Virus genome (UHGV): UHGV-0125199
DNA from: a virus
Direction: 5' to 3' (one strand)
Length of the DNA stretch: 64,000 bases
The notes under the pieces: generated by a model
What the model was told of the DNA's origin: nothing
The model's database searches: none
Seen by the model: only the letters and a program-made list of their open reading frames with translations
In this document: positions 52,030-60,071 of the stretch, piece by piece
Layout of the letters: each line of letters begins with the position of its first letter
Position numbering within the stretch: the first letter of the stretch is position 1
Made by a program: the position numbers and the translations under genes

Positions 52030-52579
52030 TCACATTAATTTGACAAGATTTCATCACTTCTAACGCAGCTCTATGCTTTTCAGGAGTGACACCAGCGCAG
52101 CACGACGCATCGACTGTAATTTCCATTTCTGGCACCCATGCTTTAATTAATAGAGCATTCGACACTACACAAATATCAGTACATACACCAACAAGTTCAA
52201 CGCTATCATAATCATTACTAGCAAAACCGCCATGGATACATTCTGCAAGGTAATTACTTCCAAATCTATTTTTATTAATTACGTGTTTTGCGTAAGATTT
52301 TAATTCGTCTACAATTTCCCATCCATTTGTTCCAATAACACAATGCTCTACAGGCAATTTTTTACCTTCCTGAGTATCTAAATAACCATCCAAATGTGTG
52401 TCTTTTGTGAAGAAAACTACATCACCGTTATTGTAATATTCTTCAATTTTTTTCTTTACATCCGGAACAATTGCAACTGCTTCTTTTGTTCCCAAATTTC
52501 CACTCACAAAATCGTTTTGCATATCTACTACAACTAAAACCTTCATATTCCCTATTCTCCTTCTACCAATTCCAAGCAT
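52007..52579 (-). CDS. pncA: Nicotinamidase / isochorismatase-family hydrolase
   Basis: 'VVVDMQNDF' and catalytic-Cys 'VGVCTDICV' motifs. Confidence 0.7.
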   Translation of the reverse strand: MLGIGRRRIGNMKVLVVVDMQNDFVSGNLGTKEAVAIVPDVKKKIEEYYNNGDVVFFTKDTHLDGYLDTQEGKKLPVEHCVIGTNGWEIVDELKSYAKHVINKNRFGSNYLAECIHGGFASNDYDSVELVGVCTDICVVSNALLIKAWVPEMEITVDASCCAGVTPEKHRAALEVMKSCQINVIGEKSYD

Positions 52580-52833
52580 TCTTTCAGAAAGTTTCTTACT
52601 CTATCACGCCCACTTTCGCAATATATACCTGTATAACATACCGGCTTATTCCAGAACGCCATCCATGCTCTTTTAAATCTTCCAATAATTCCTTTAAAAT
52701 CTCCACCGCAATATGAATCCTCAAAAGAGATTTCAAAATCAGTTGAATTTTCCGTTGTATATTTAGAAAACACAACTGCTTCTGCATTATCATCACATCT
52801 GATGGTGGCTGTTTTTACATTGTTTTTCTTCAT
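52552..52833 (-). CDS. hypothetical protein
   Basis: ORF. Confidence 0.3.
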   Translation of the reverse strand: MKKNNVKTATIRCDDNAEAVVFSKYTTENSTDFEISFEDSYCGGDFKGIIGRFKRAWMAFWNKPVCYTGIYCESGRDRVRNFLKECLELVEGE

Positions 52834-52873
52834 ATATTAGCTCTCTCTTTCTCCGTTTGAATTTCTGCTTTCA

Positions 52874-53056
52874 TTATTTAACTAAGCTATCAATATTTAC
52901 AGAAAATCCATCAAACTTTCCTGTTGATAAATATTTTTCTGTATCAAAAAACATTATTTTCTTTCCTGATATCCCCATAGAAACACCATTATCTATCAAT
53001 GATTTTCTCAATAATTCAAGAATAATTTCTATTTGTTCTTTCGCAGCTTCTGACAT
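52874..53056 (-). CDS. hypothetical protein
   Basis: ORF. Confidence 0.25.
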   Translation of the reverse strand: MSEAAKEQIEIILELLRKSLIDNGVSMGISGKKIMFFDTEKYLSTGKFDGFSVNIDSLVK

Positions 53057-53508
53057 TATTTATTCTCCTTCATTTTGTATGGTTCTGGAAGTGGCTGCCA
53101 TGCAAATATTACTCCGTCATAAATCCCATGTTCGTCATACCAAAGACCGTACTCGTCTTCCTTTTTAAACCTCATTCTCTTTACCGGATATTCTTCATCG
53201 TCACACGTTACAAGATATACACCTTCTTTCTTAGGCATATTTTGTTCTGTGTAAGGAATCCAGTCATTGTCTTTCTTTCCGTCCTCGTATCCTTTTTGAT
53301 ACCATTTTCTTCGGCTGCAATCTCCACAATTTGGAATATCATCCATGTGAGAACGTATGGTGTCAACTACATATTCCATTGCTCTTGCATATCCTTTTAC
53401 TTCATCAAATTGCAAAGGATTTCCTCTTACACATCTTCGCATTTCTTCATGCGCTAATTGTGATTCATTCTCCATCTCTTCCAAAATCTTTTCTAATACG
53501 TTCATCAC
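53056..53508 (-). CDS. hypothetical protein
   Basis: ORF. Confidence 0.3.
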   Translation of the reverse strand: MMNVLEKILEEMENESQLAHEEMRRCVRGNPLQFDEVKGYARAMEYVVDTIRSHMDDIPNCGDCSRRKWYQKGYEDGKKDNDWIPYTEQNMPKKEGVYLVTCDDEEYPVKRMRFKKEDEYGLWYDEHGIYDGVIFAWQPLPEPYKMKENK

Positions 53509-53690
53509 TCCACCTCCAAATCACCTTTTATTAATCTGTTATACGTCCAATCAAGCAGCATCAATAAATCATCTTTCGTAGTTCTGTCGTGTGTTTCAAG
53601 TGCTAATTCTTCCTTTACAATTCGCAACTTTTCTTTGTCGCTACAATCGCAAAACTTTTGTCTGTTATACTTCAGCCTGTTATACTTCAT
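53505..53690 (-). CDS. hypothetical protein
   Basis: ORF. Confidence 0.25.
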   Translation of the reverse strand: MKYNRLKYNRQKFCDCSDKEKLRIVKEELALETHDRTTKDDLLMLLDWTYNRLIKGDLEVE

Positions 53691-53905
53691 TACTCTTCTC
53701 CCAACAAGCGGACTCCCAAAATACTTTCCTGTGTCTCAACATATTCCTTCGCTTTTCTCAATACGTATTCTGGAATTTTTCTCTGCATTGCTCTCTTGCC
53801 ATTTAAAATATCACATACATCTAATATTGATCTTACACCTGCACGAAGAATATAATTGTAAGTCATAGTGTCCACTCCTAAATATTCCATTTTTAGATCC
53901 ATCAC
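53690..53905 (-). CDS. small HhH protein resembling RNA polymerase alpha-CTD
   Basis: 'YNYILRAGVRSILDVCDILNG' alpha-CTD-like helix-hairpin-helix. Confidence 0.25.
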   Translation of the reverse strand: MMDLKMEYLGVDTMTYNYILRAGVRSILDVCDILNGKRAMQRKIPEYVLRKAKEYVETQESILGVRLLGEE

Positions 53906-54309
53906 TCCACCTCCAACAACTCTGAATTATCAAAAAAATTCCCACAAACTTCATAATTCCTTTGATTTACTGCACCTATTCCATATCTTGCACCGGATTT
54001 TGTTTCAAGCATCCATGCAGATTCTTCTAAATCAAATACAACACGATATTTTACAGTGACAATACCTTTGTGTTTTTCTACAACAATATCATCCTCCCAA
54101 ATCTTCTTACCATTCTTGTCGGTAAGTCCGGTGTACTGGCAGAGGGTGTCGGGGTCAATCAAGTCATTAAATATATTAGTTCCGTTACAAATCAGATGTT
54201 TTATCGGCTTACCATCTTCTGTTAGCGGATTGGTAATATATGCATATTGACCTTCCCCCCATTCACCATTATCTATTCTCTTCGCTTTAAAAAGGATTTC
54301 TCTACTCAT
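53902..54309 (-). CDS. YopX-family phage protein
   Basis: 'FKAKRIDNGEWGEGQY...TGLTDKNGKKIWEDDIV' YopX signature. Confidence 0.5.
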   Translation of the reverse strand: MSREILFKAKRIDNGEWGEGQYAYITNPLTEDGKPIKHLICNGTNIFNDLIDPDTLCQYTGLTDKNGKKIWEDDIVVEKHKGIVTVKYRVVFDLEESAWMLETKSGARYGIGAVNQRNYEVCGNFFDNSELLEVE

Positions 54310-54469
54310 TTTCCTTTCCTCCGTTCTGTCGCATCTGCTCTATGTAAATATTTGTGGCGCATCTTACAATCTCTGGTTTCATTCCATCGTAAACAGTTCC
54401 TTGTGTAAAATGTTTGTCACACGATCTTTTAATCATGTATAGGATATCTTCAAATGCCTGTTCTTTCAT
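54302..54469 (-). CDS. small hypothetical protein (55 aa; not in the ORF track)
   Basis: ATGA overlap with upstream gene stop, and own stop overlapping the YopX start. Confidence 0.3.
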   Translation of the reverse strand: MKEQAFEDILYMIKRSCDKHFTQGTVYDGMKPEIVRCATNIYIEQMRQNGGKENE

Positions 54470-54693
54470 TCTTCCACTCTCCTATTCCACATTCCCCTAG
54501 CCGTAGCTTCTAAAGCACAATTTCGTGTTGCAACTCCGCATTCTTTGCAGTACACAAAAGCTGATATAACTTTTCCATCAAATCCGTAATTGATTTTCAG
54601 CATTGCTTCTCCACCACAAAATGGACATTTCTTCAATTCTTCCATGCTATTCACTCCAATCCAATCTCTGACCGCAATGATTGCAGCAATCAA
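54466..54693 (-). CDS. Lar-family (restriction-alleviation-like) Zn-ribbon protein
   Basis: 'LKKCPFCGGEAML......CKECG' matches the Lar_restr_allev pattern. Confidence 0.4.
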   Translation of the reverse strand: MIAAIIAVRDWIGVNSMEELKKCPFCGGEAMLKINYGFDGKVISAFVYCKECGVATRNCALEATARGMWNRRVEE

Positions 54694-54940
54694 AATCCCA
54701 ATAACGAAGCATTTTTATATCTGCCATATTTCCAAACAGTTTTTTGCATCCAGGACACGATGCTTGTCCATTCCAGTTTTCTACTTTCTTCGGCAACTGC
54801 TTTTCCAGTGCTTCGATTGCGATATCTAATGATTCTCGCAACATATAATATCCGCTTGTAGGATAATTCGCTTTTATTACTTCTATCGCTTCTCTAACTT
54901 TCTTTTCGTCCACTTTCTGTACCCTTTCTAACCCTAACAA
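54647..54940 (-). CDS. Cys-rich hypothetical protein
   Basis: 'CPGCKK...CCNHCG'. Confidence 0.3.
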   Translation of the reverse strand: MLGLERVQKVDEKKVREAIEVIKANYPTSGYYMLRESLDIAIEALEKQLPKKVENWNGQASCPGCKKLFGNMADIKMLRYWDFDCCNHCGQRLDWSE

Positions 54941-55091
54941 CCTCTTTGTCTGTCTCTTTTACTACTCTTCCACTTGCACATTTCACGCATTTTATTCTCC
55001 AACCGCCATTGTGTCTTTCAAAGTGTCCAAATCCAGGTTCTATACATTGACCACAACAATAACAACGCCCTGCATATTTATTTCTTGCCAT
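54894..55091 (-). CDS. Cys-rich small protein
   Basis: 'CYCCGQC...CVKC'. Confidence 0.25.
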   Translation of the reverse strand: MARNKYAGRCYCCGQCIEPGFGHFERHNGGWRIKCVKCASGRVVKETDKEVVRVRKGTESGRKES

Positions 55092-55476
55092 CTTCCATCA
55101 CCAAAATCCCTTCATCAATCAAATTATTTACTGTTTTCAACAAGTCTTCCTGTACTTTTAAATCATTTTCGTGCTCGATATCTTCAGATCTAAAAAACTT
55201 GTTAAATTTATAAGTACTCATTCCTCCCAAACAATTACAATAAACACGAATTCTACTATTGTAATATGGCTTATCATATATACCTATCCAAAACTCGTTA
55301 TCAGTGCCGTACTGTATATCTTTATCAGTCCCAACCGTTCCACTAATACACCATGCATTGATAACATTATTTCTCCAAAATAAAGGTTCCTTAATTTGGG
55401 ACTCATCACCAACTTTGAGTTTTTTAATTTTCTTCATTGTTAAGTTGTATTTATTTTCTACTTTAGTTTTCCTCAT
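55078..55476 (-). CDS. hypothetical protein
   Basis: ORF. Confidence 0.3.
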   Translation of the reverse strand: MRKTKVENKYNLTMKKIKKLKVGDESQIKEPLFWRNNVINAWCISGTVGTDKDIQYGTDNEFWIGIYDKPYYNSRIRVYCNCLGGMSTYKFNKFFRSEDIEHENDLKVQEDLLKTVNNLIDEGILVMEDGKK

Positions 55477-56024
55477 TGCTTTTCCCTATTCGTAGGTTTC
55501 CCACCTAACAAATTTCCTTCTTCGTCTCTGTCATATTTCCACATCAAATAATCACACCAATTATCATTGTTAAAATCACTCATGTTGTAAAACGGATCAG
55601 GATCATCTATAACATATTGCTTGTCAAATCCTTTAATTTTCACATTTACATCATCTACAATAACTCTTTTTGATAATCTACAAATCCATTTCATAAATTC
55701 CTGAAATGTATCTTCAAATTCTCTATCACGTAATGCACCATCAACAACAAGAATATATTCGTCTTGTGTATGTAACCAACCACGTTTATAACTTCTTCTT
55801 CCTCTTGAATCTCTTAAGTTATTTGTTCCCTCAAAAAATTCATCGCTACTGCTTGAGCTGTTATATCCTCTTTTTTGAATCACATATACTTCCATATCTC
55901 TTTCTGATCCGGTAACAACCGGAAGATGATCAAGTACTGTTTCGAGAATATATCTCTTTTCATGTTCTGTCCTACCTAGAGGAGAAACAACAATTGTCCC
56001 ATGTACATATGTCCAACTACTCAT
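55473..56024 (-). CDS. hypothetical protein
   Basis: ORF. Confidence 0.3.
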   Translation of the reverse strand: MSSWTYVHGTIVVSPLGRTEHEKRYILETVLDHLPVVTGSERDMEVYVIQKRGYNSSSSSDEFFEGTNNLRDSRGRRSYKRGWLHTQDEYILVVDGALRDREFEDTFQEFMKWICRLSKRVIVDDVNVKIKGFDKQYVIDDPDPFYNMSDFNNDNWCDYLMWKYDRDEEGNLLGGKPTNREKQ

Positions 56025-56270
56025 TTTATTTACCTCTTTTGATATTAATCACATCGGTATTTACAATCTTATATCACATGCAGCTCACAAACATTTTCAA
56101 ATAGCGACAAATGAAATAGTTTGTTGAATCAACGTTTACAGTTTCTAAATATTCGATTTACTGTAGGTGATATTTGATTATAAACACCGATGAAAATCAT
56201 ATGCAGAACTTTATGTATCTTATTTTATTGGAGGTATGAAACATGTATAGAAATTTATTCCGCATATGAA

Positions 56271-56341
56271 TTGTAGATAAAGGATTTGAACCTTTTCTTA
56301 TGCGCCACACTACATCGTGCTACCATTTACACTAATCTACA
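56271..56341 (-). other. tRNA-like element (good acceptor, D and T arms; no canonical anticodon stem), possibly a tRNA pseudogene
   Basis: Minus-strand TGTAGAT..GTGT-AAATGGTA-GCAC..AAAGG-TTCAAAT-CCTTT-ATCTACA-A. The 21-nt anticodon region cannot form a 5-bp stem. Confidence 0.25.
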
Positions 56342-56465
56342 ACTTTTAGGATATTATTATGAAAACTAGATCATTACTATTTAAGGAGAGCAATATTACT
56401 ATGAGAACCAAAAAAACAATAAAAAATATTATTTAAAATCCAATACAAAATAGTAATAACCTAAA

Positions 56466-56538
56466 TGGATCATTCGGGACTCGAACCCGAAACCGATCGG
56501 TTATGAGCCGATTGCGCTCACCATTGCGCCAATGATCC
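56466..56538 (-). tRNA. tRNA-Met(CAU) (or fMet/Ile2-lysidine); CCA not encoded
   Basis: Minus-strand cloverleaf: acceptor GGATCAT/ATGATCC, D GCGC/GCGC, anticodon stem ATCGG/CCGAT with loop CTCATAA, T stem TCGGG-TTCGAGT-CCCGA, discriminator A followed by TTT. Confidence 0.8.
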
Positions 56539-56570
56539 TTATTCTGTGCCGCTCGTAGCAGCACATTTTT

Positions 56571-56753
56571 TTAATTGAAACTTCTATAAAAATCTCCTGT
56601 TTTATCAATGCTTCTGCAAACCATAGATTCAATTTCTCGTTTCATTTCTTCGCCACATTCAGGACACATATGTCCATCTCCTGTATACTCTTTCATCGAC
56701 ATCGTGATAATTTTTTTGTGTCCACATTTTGGACATTGAAATGGATAATTCAT
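56571..56753 (-). CDS. Zn-ribbon small protein
   Basis: 'CPKCGH...CPECGEE'. Confidence 0.3.
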   Translation of the reverse strand: MNYPFQCPKCGHKKIITMSMKEYTGDGHMCPECGEEMKREIESMVCRSIDKTGDFYRSFN

Positions 56754-56772
56754 ATTATTTATTTCTCTCCTT

Positions 56773-57144
56773 TTAGCCTTCTAATTTTCTTAGTTCTGTC
56801 ATTAAATTCACTAACTCTCTATTGTTCTTATTAATTAAACGATTGATTTCTTTGATTCTATCAATACGTTCTTCTTCCTCTTTACGTTTTGAATATGCCT
56901 CCATATTAACAACGCCGACTACCTGAGCTGTAGGATTTTCGCCATATACACTCACAGGTAAAATTACTTTTACCTTTCCTAATACTCTCCTATCTTTGTT
57001 TCTTGCATTTACAACCACAAGTGTATTATTCAAATTTGCTGTTCTAAGTAATTCATATTCTTCCTTATATAATGCAAATCCATAATCTTTTTTGTTATGG
57101 TCTTCTAGTAAGTTCACAATTGCAACTAAATCACATACTGTCAT
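56773..57144 (-). CDS. hypothetical protein
   Basis: 123-aa ORF. Confidence 0.3.
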   Translation of the reverse strand: MTVCDLVAIVNLLEDHNKKDYGFALYKEEYELLRTANLNNTLVVVNARNKDRRVLGKVKVILPVSVYGENPTAQVVGVVNMEAYSKRKEEEERIDRIKEINRLINKNNRELVNLMTELRKLEG

Positions 57145-57190
57145 AGTTTTATTCTCCTTTTTAATCTAATAATTCTTTATCGATAATCTG

Positions 57191-57555
57191 TTTCCATCCT
57201 TATATTTGTATAAATTACATCTTCTTTTTCTATTTTTTATAATGCAGCTTTTCGCTCGCATTTCAATCATCATACTAATGTAAATTACATCCATTTCGTG
57301 ACGTATCTCTGATACAAAACATATAATTTCAATCCTCATACTTATGTAAACTACATCTTTATAAAAGTCTTTGGTGTTACTATTGTCTTTTATTTCAATC
57401 CTCATACTTATGTAAACTACATCGAGGTATTGAAATGGTTGACTTTGGTATCACATTATTTCAATCCTCATACTTATGTAAACTACATCCTCTCTTACAA
57501 AAATCTGCATTTTAAGCATTTCAATTTCAATCCTCATACTTATGTAAACTACATC
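57191..57555 (-). CRISPR. CRISPR-like array: four perfect 32-nt repeats (ATTTCAATCCTCATACTTATGTAAACTACATC on + strand) with 34-nt unique spacers, plus two degenerate distal repeats; lies downstream of and co-oriented with tnpB
   Basis: Perfect repeats at 57326-57357, 57392-57423, 57458-57489, 57524-57555 (period 66). Degenerate copies at 57191-57221 and 57261-57291 (3 and ~8 mismatches). Repeat contains 5-bp hairpin ATGTA-aac-TACAT. Spacers all different. Confidence 0.75.
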
Positions 57556-57762
57556 ATCAAAAATACACAAATATGACATATCTATTTTATGTAACTTACA
57601 CAATTCTAAGGTTACAAAAGCGTTATCCGTTTTCGTATATGTAAATAAATGATTACTACTCACTGATTTCTTTTATCTACTTTAGTGCGAATAAACCGTA
57701 TAACTTATGTTCACTTCATATTCGCACATGGCGGCGTTGAACCTGCAACCATGTATATGTAT
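57556..57762 (-). ncRNA. Structured non-coding scaffold between tnpB stop and the array (omega-RNA/tracr-like candidate)
   Basis: Perfect 9-bp inverted repeat GTGCGAATA...TATTCGCAC (57675-57727), second stem CATGG..CCATG, and a repeat-like segment 'ttatgtaacttacaca' (~57587-57602). Confidence 0.3.
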
Positions 57763-58062
57763 TTAAGCTATTTGCTTCTTATATTCTTTCTCTTTAGCCA
57801 TGTTCAAAATATTAATTGCAGCATTAATGTCTCTATCATGAATCGCTCCACATTCAGGACAAATCCAGCCTCTTATTTTTGTATCTTTTGTATTTACGTT
57901 CACAAAACCACATTTACTGCATGTTTGTGTTGATTTTTTATATTGTCCAATTGCAACAACCGGTACACCATATTCTTCACCTTTTCTTTTTAACAAAGTA
58001 AGAATTTCTCCCATCGCTGCATCAGATAAATTATCATTTCTCACTCTTGTTTTTCTTGACAT
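57763..58062 (-). CDS. tnpB: TnpB/Cas12-like RuvC nuclease, C-terminal part (Zn finger plus RuvC-III), separated from the N-terminal part by a frameshift
   Basis: 'CSKCG...[19 protein letters not shown]' is the canonical TnpB C-terminus. Overlaps upstream ORF by 29 nt at gtcaagAAAAAcaag. Confidence 0.75.
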   Translation of the reverse strand: MSRKTRVRNDNLSDAAMGEILTLLKRKGEEYGVPVVAIGQYKKSTQTCSKCGFVNVNTKDTKIRGWICPECGAIHDRDINAAINILNMAKEKEYKKQIA

Positions 58063-59167
58063 ACATATCTTTAACCGACAAAGTTTCTATTCCAATAAAG
58101 TCTGATCTTTTTATAACTTCTAACACCATATTCTCCATATGATATTTTCTTTGTCGTGTTACCTTTCTTTCTAATTTTGCTTTTTTAAATTTTGTTTCTA
58201 TGTATCTTTTAGAAGGCTTTAATTCAACATTTTCTTTTCTTAATTCACTTAATCTTTTCCTAAACTCAATATTGCTATACCCTTGTCTTCTGGATAATTG
58301 CCTATTTAACATCTCACGATGTTGACGAACACTTCCGTCTCTACCATTTTTGAATCTAGGATTATCATATTTTGTTCCGTCTGATAAAGTCATCAAAGTT
58401 GAAATTCCAACGTCAATTCCTATTTCTCTTTTCTCTTCTTCTACTTTCACAATCCTATAAATATCTTTCATACATAGCTGTAAAAAGTAATCGCCACAAT
58501 TATCTTTTTTTACAGTTGTTAATATTTGTTGTTTCTTATGTAAATTCACATATTCTTCAAAATTCATCATGCATGATGAATCAAACCAGACATTTTTTAG
58601 ATATCCTTTAATCCCCCTAATCTTTACCTTTCCGATTTTAGCTAAATTAAAATATGCTACATTTTTATTCTCCTCATTAAAGCTCATTTTTCTCAGAAAT
58701 TCTTGATATGTATAACTTGTTCTCGGATGTTTCTTTGAATAATATGGAGGTTTACTGTTCTCAATCGGTCTTTTAACTCCCTTTCCATTTGTTTTCTTAT
58801 TAGAATTTTCTCCACTCACTTGAGCATCCAATCGCTTCGACAAATCACACAAGAAAACTCCATTCTCACCAGACAAAGCACCCGCTGGAATCAATTTAAT
58901 GTCTTCTCTCCTACTTCTTAACACATCCAAATACTGTTTCTTTGCAATAGACTTTACATCCGGAAAATGAACAGTTTGTCCTGCATTCTTTTGGTCTGGT
59001 CTTTCAATTGTATTAACTTTATTTTCAAACATATCGTAAACAGCCATATTACACGCCTTATGTAAAGCCAAAATAATTCTATCTATTAATTCACTCTGCT
59101 CTTTATTCGGATACATTCTAAAATTGAAAGTATATACCGGTATTTTTATAACTTTTTCAACTAGCAT
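58034..59167 (-). CDS. tnpB: TnpB/Cas12-like RuvC nuclease, N-terminal part (WED/REC-like region, RuvC-I, RuvC-II)
   Basis: N-terminus 'YTFNFRMYPNKEQSELIDRIILALHKACNMAVYDMF' (TnpB 'rlyPt.eQ...fg..r.vyN'). RuvC-I 'IGIDVGIS', RuvC-II 'FIGIETLSVKDM'. AAGGAGG RBS and TTGACA upstream. Confidence 0.75.
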   Translation of the reverse strand: MLVEKVIKIPVYTFNFRMYPNKEQSELIDRIILALHKACNMAVYDMFENKVNTIERPDQKNAGQTVHFPDVKSIAKKQYLDVLRSRREDIKLIPAGALSGENGVFLCDLSKRLDAQVSGENSNKKTNGKGVKRPIENSKPPYYSKKHPRTSYTYQEFLRKMSFNEENKNVAYFNLAKIGKVKIRGIKGYLKNVWFDSSCMMNFEEYVNLHKKQQILTTVKKDNCGDYFLQLCMKDIYRIVKVEEEKREIGIDVGISTLMTLSDGTKYDNPRFKNGRDGSVRQHREMLNRQLSRRQGYSNIEFRKRLSELRKENVELKPSKRYIETKFKKAKLERKVTRQRKYHMENMVLEVIKRSDFIGIETLSVKDMYVKKNKSEK

Positions 59168-59274
59168 TTAACCAGACCTCCTTTTGCTACATTTCATACC
59201 ATATACTGTATTTTTATATCAACTAACGCACTATATAATGTGTCAAATTCCAAATGAAATCGAGATTTAATTAT

Positions 59275-60039
59275 TTAAGATTCGGTGATAAAAAACGGAC
59301 GAACACCATAATCGCCCCAAACGCAACCGCCGTAGCACACGTTACCACCACCGTAAACAACCTGAACACAGGAAGCATCTTTTCTTGATTTCGTCTGATT
59401 TGGAGTTGACAGCCAGTATGGATAATTGATTAGTGGAAGTTTTTCACCACATTTTCTGAATAAATCAAAAGTCGGAATAGACAATACATCATCTTTTACA
59501 ACACCATAATCATTAAATCCATCCATACTAAGCAAGTTATTTTCAACTGGAGTAATACTATTTCCATATTTACATTTAATGTCTTTTGCAAGCTTGCACT
59601 CTTTAAGATACTTTCTTACAGAAGATTCTGCGTAGTTATTATTGCTGCCAAAACTCATATTCGTAAGAACTCCATACATAAAATGATATATCTTTCCATA
59701 CATTCGAATGTTTGTCCAATAATATCCAAATTCCTCTTTAAAGTGCTTGTTCATAAAATCTTTAACGGATTCTCTAAATTCATCTTCATATCTCTCTGGA
59801 TCGTTACTATACCATTCTGGTACAATATCCTGATCGACTTTATAAGTCCACTTTGAAATATCGGAAGTGATAATATATTTCTCTGGCGGAATTAATTCTG
59901 CTCTCACAAATTTCTTAGAAGCATTAAATTCATTATCTTCTACATCCAATTTTTCAAGCAAACTTGAATGACTTTCATTTCCTAACGGAGCAAGTTCCAC
60001 CCTATTCTTAAAAATAATTCCACTTTTAAACTCACACAT
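59275..60039 (-). CDS. hypothetical protein
   Basis: 254-aa ORF upstream of tnpB. Confidence 0.3.
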   Translation of the reverse strand: MCEFKSGIIFKNRVELAPLGNESHSSLLEKLDVEDNEFNASKKFVRAELIPPEKYIITSDISKWTYKVDQDIVPEWYSNDPERYEDEFRESVKDFMNKHFKEEFGYYWTNIRMYGKIYHFMYGVLTNMSFGSNNNYAESSVRKYLKECKLAKDIKCKYGNSITPVENNLLSMDGFNDYGVVKDDVLSIPTFDLFRKCGEKLPLINYPYWLSTPNQTKSRKDASCVQVVYGGGNVCYGGCVWGDYGVRPFFITES

Positions 60040-60071
60040 AATTTATTTCTCCTATTTTTTACTTGTTCCAT

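Noticed and set aside
56541-56570. Plus-strand Rho-independent-terminator-like hairpin (GTGCCGC-tcgta-GCAGCAC) followed by a T-run
   Set aside because: Imperfect stem, and all flanking genes are on the minus strand, so a plus-strand terminator has no obvious transcript to end; may be fortuitous.
57166-57663. Track ORFs 57166..57405 and 57451..57663 (minus), each containing 'VVYISMRIEI' repeated
   Set aside because: They are translations of the CRISPR-like repeats; the periodic identical peptide comes from the 66-nt DNA period, not from a gene.
57685-57933. Plus-strand 82-aa ORF
   Set aside because: Lies antisense over the scaffold and tnpB 3' end; hydrophobic low-complexity translation of AT-rich DNA.
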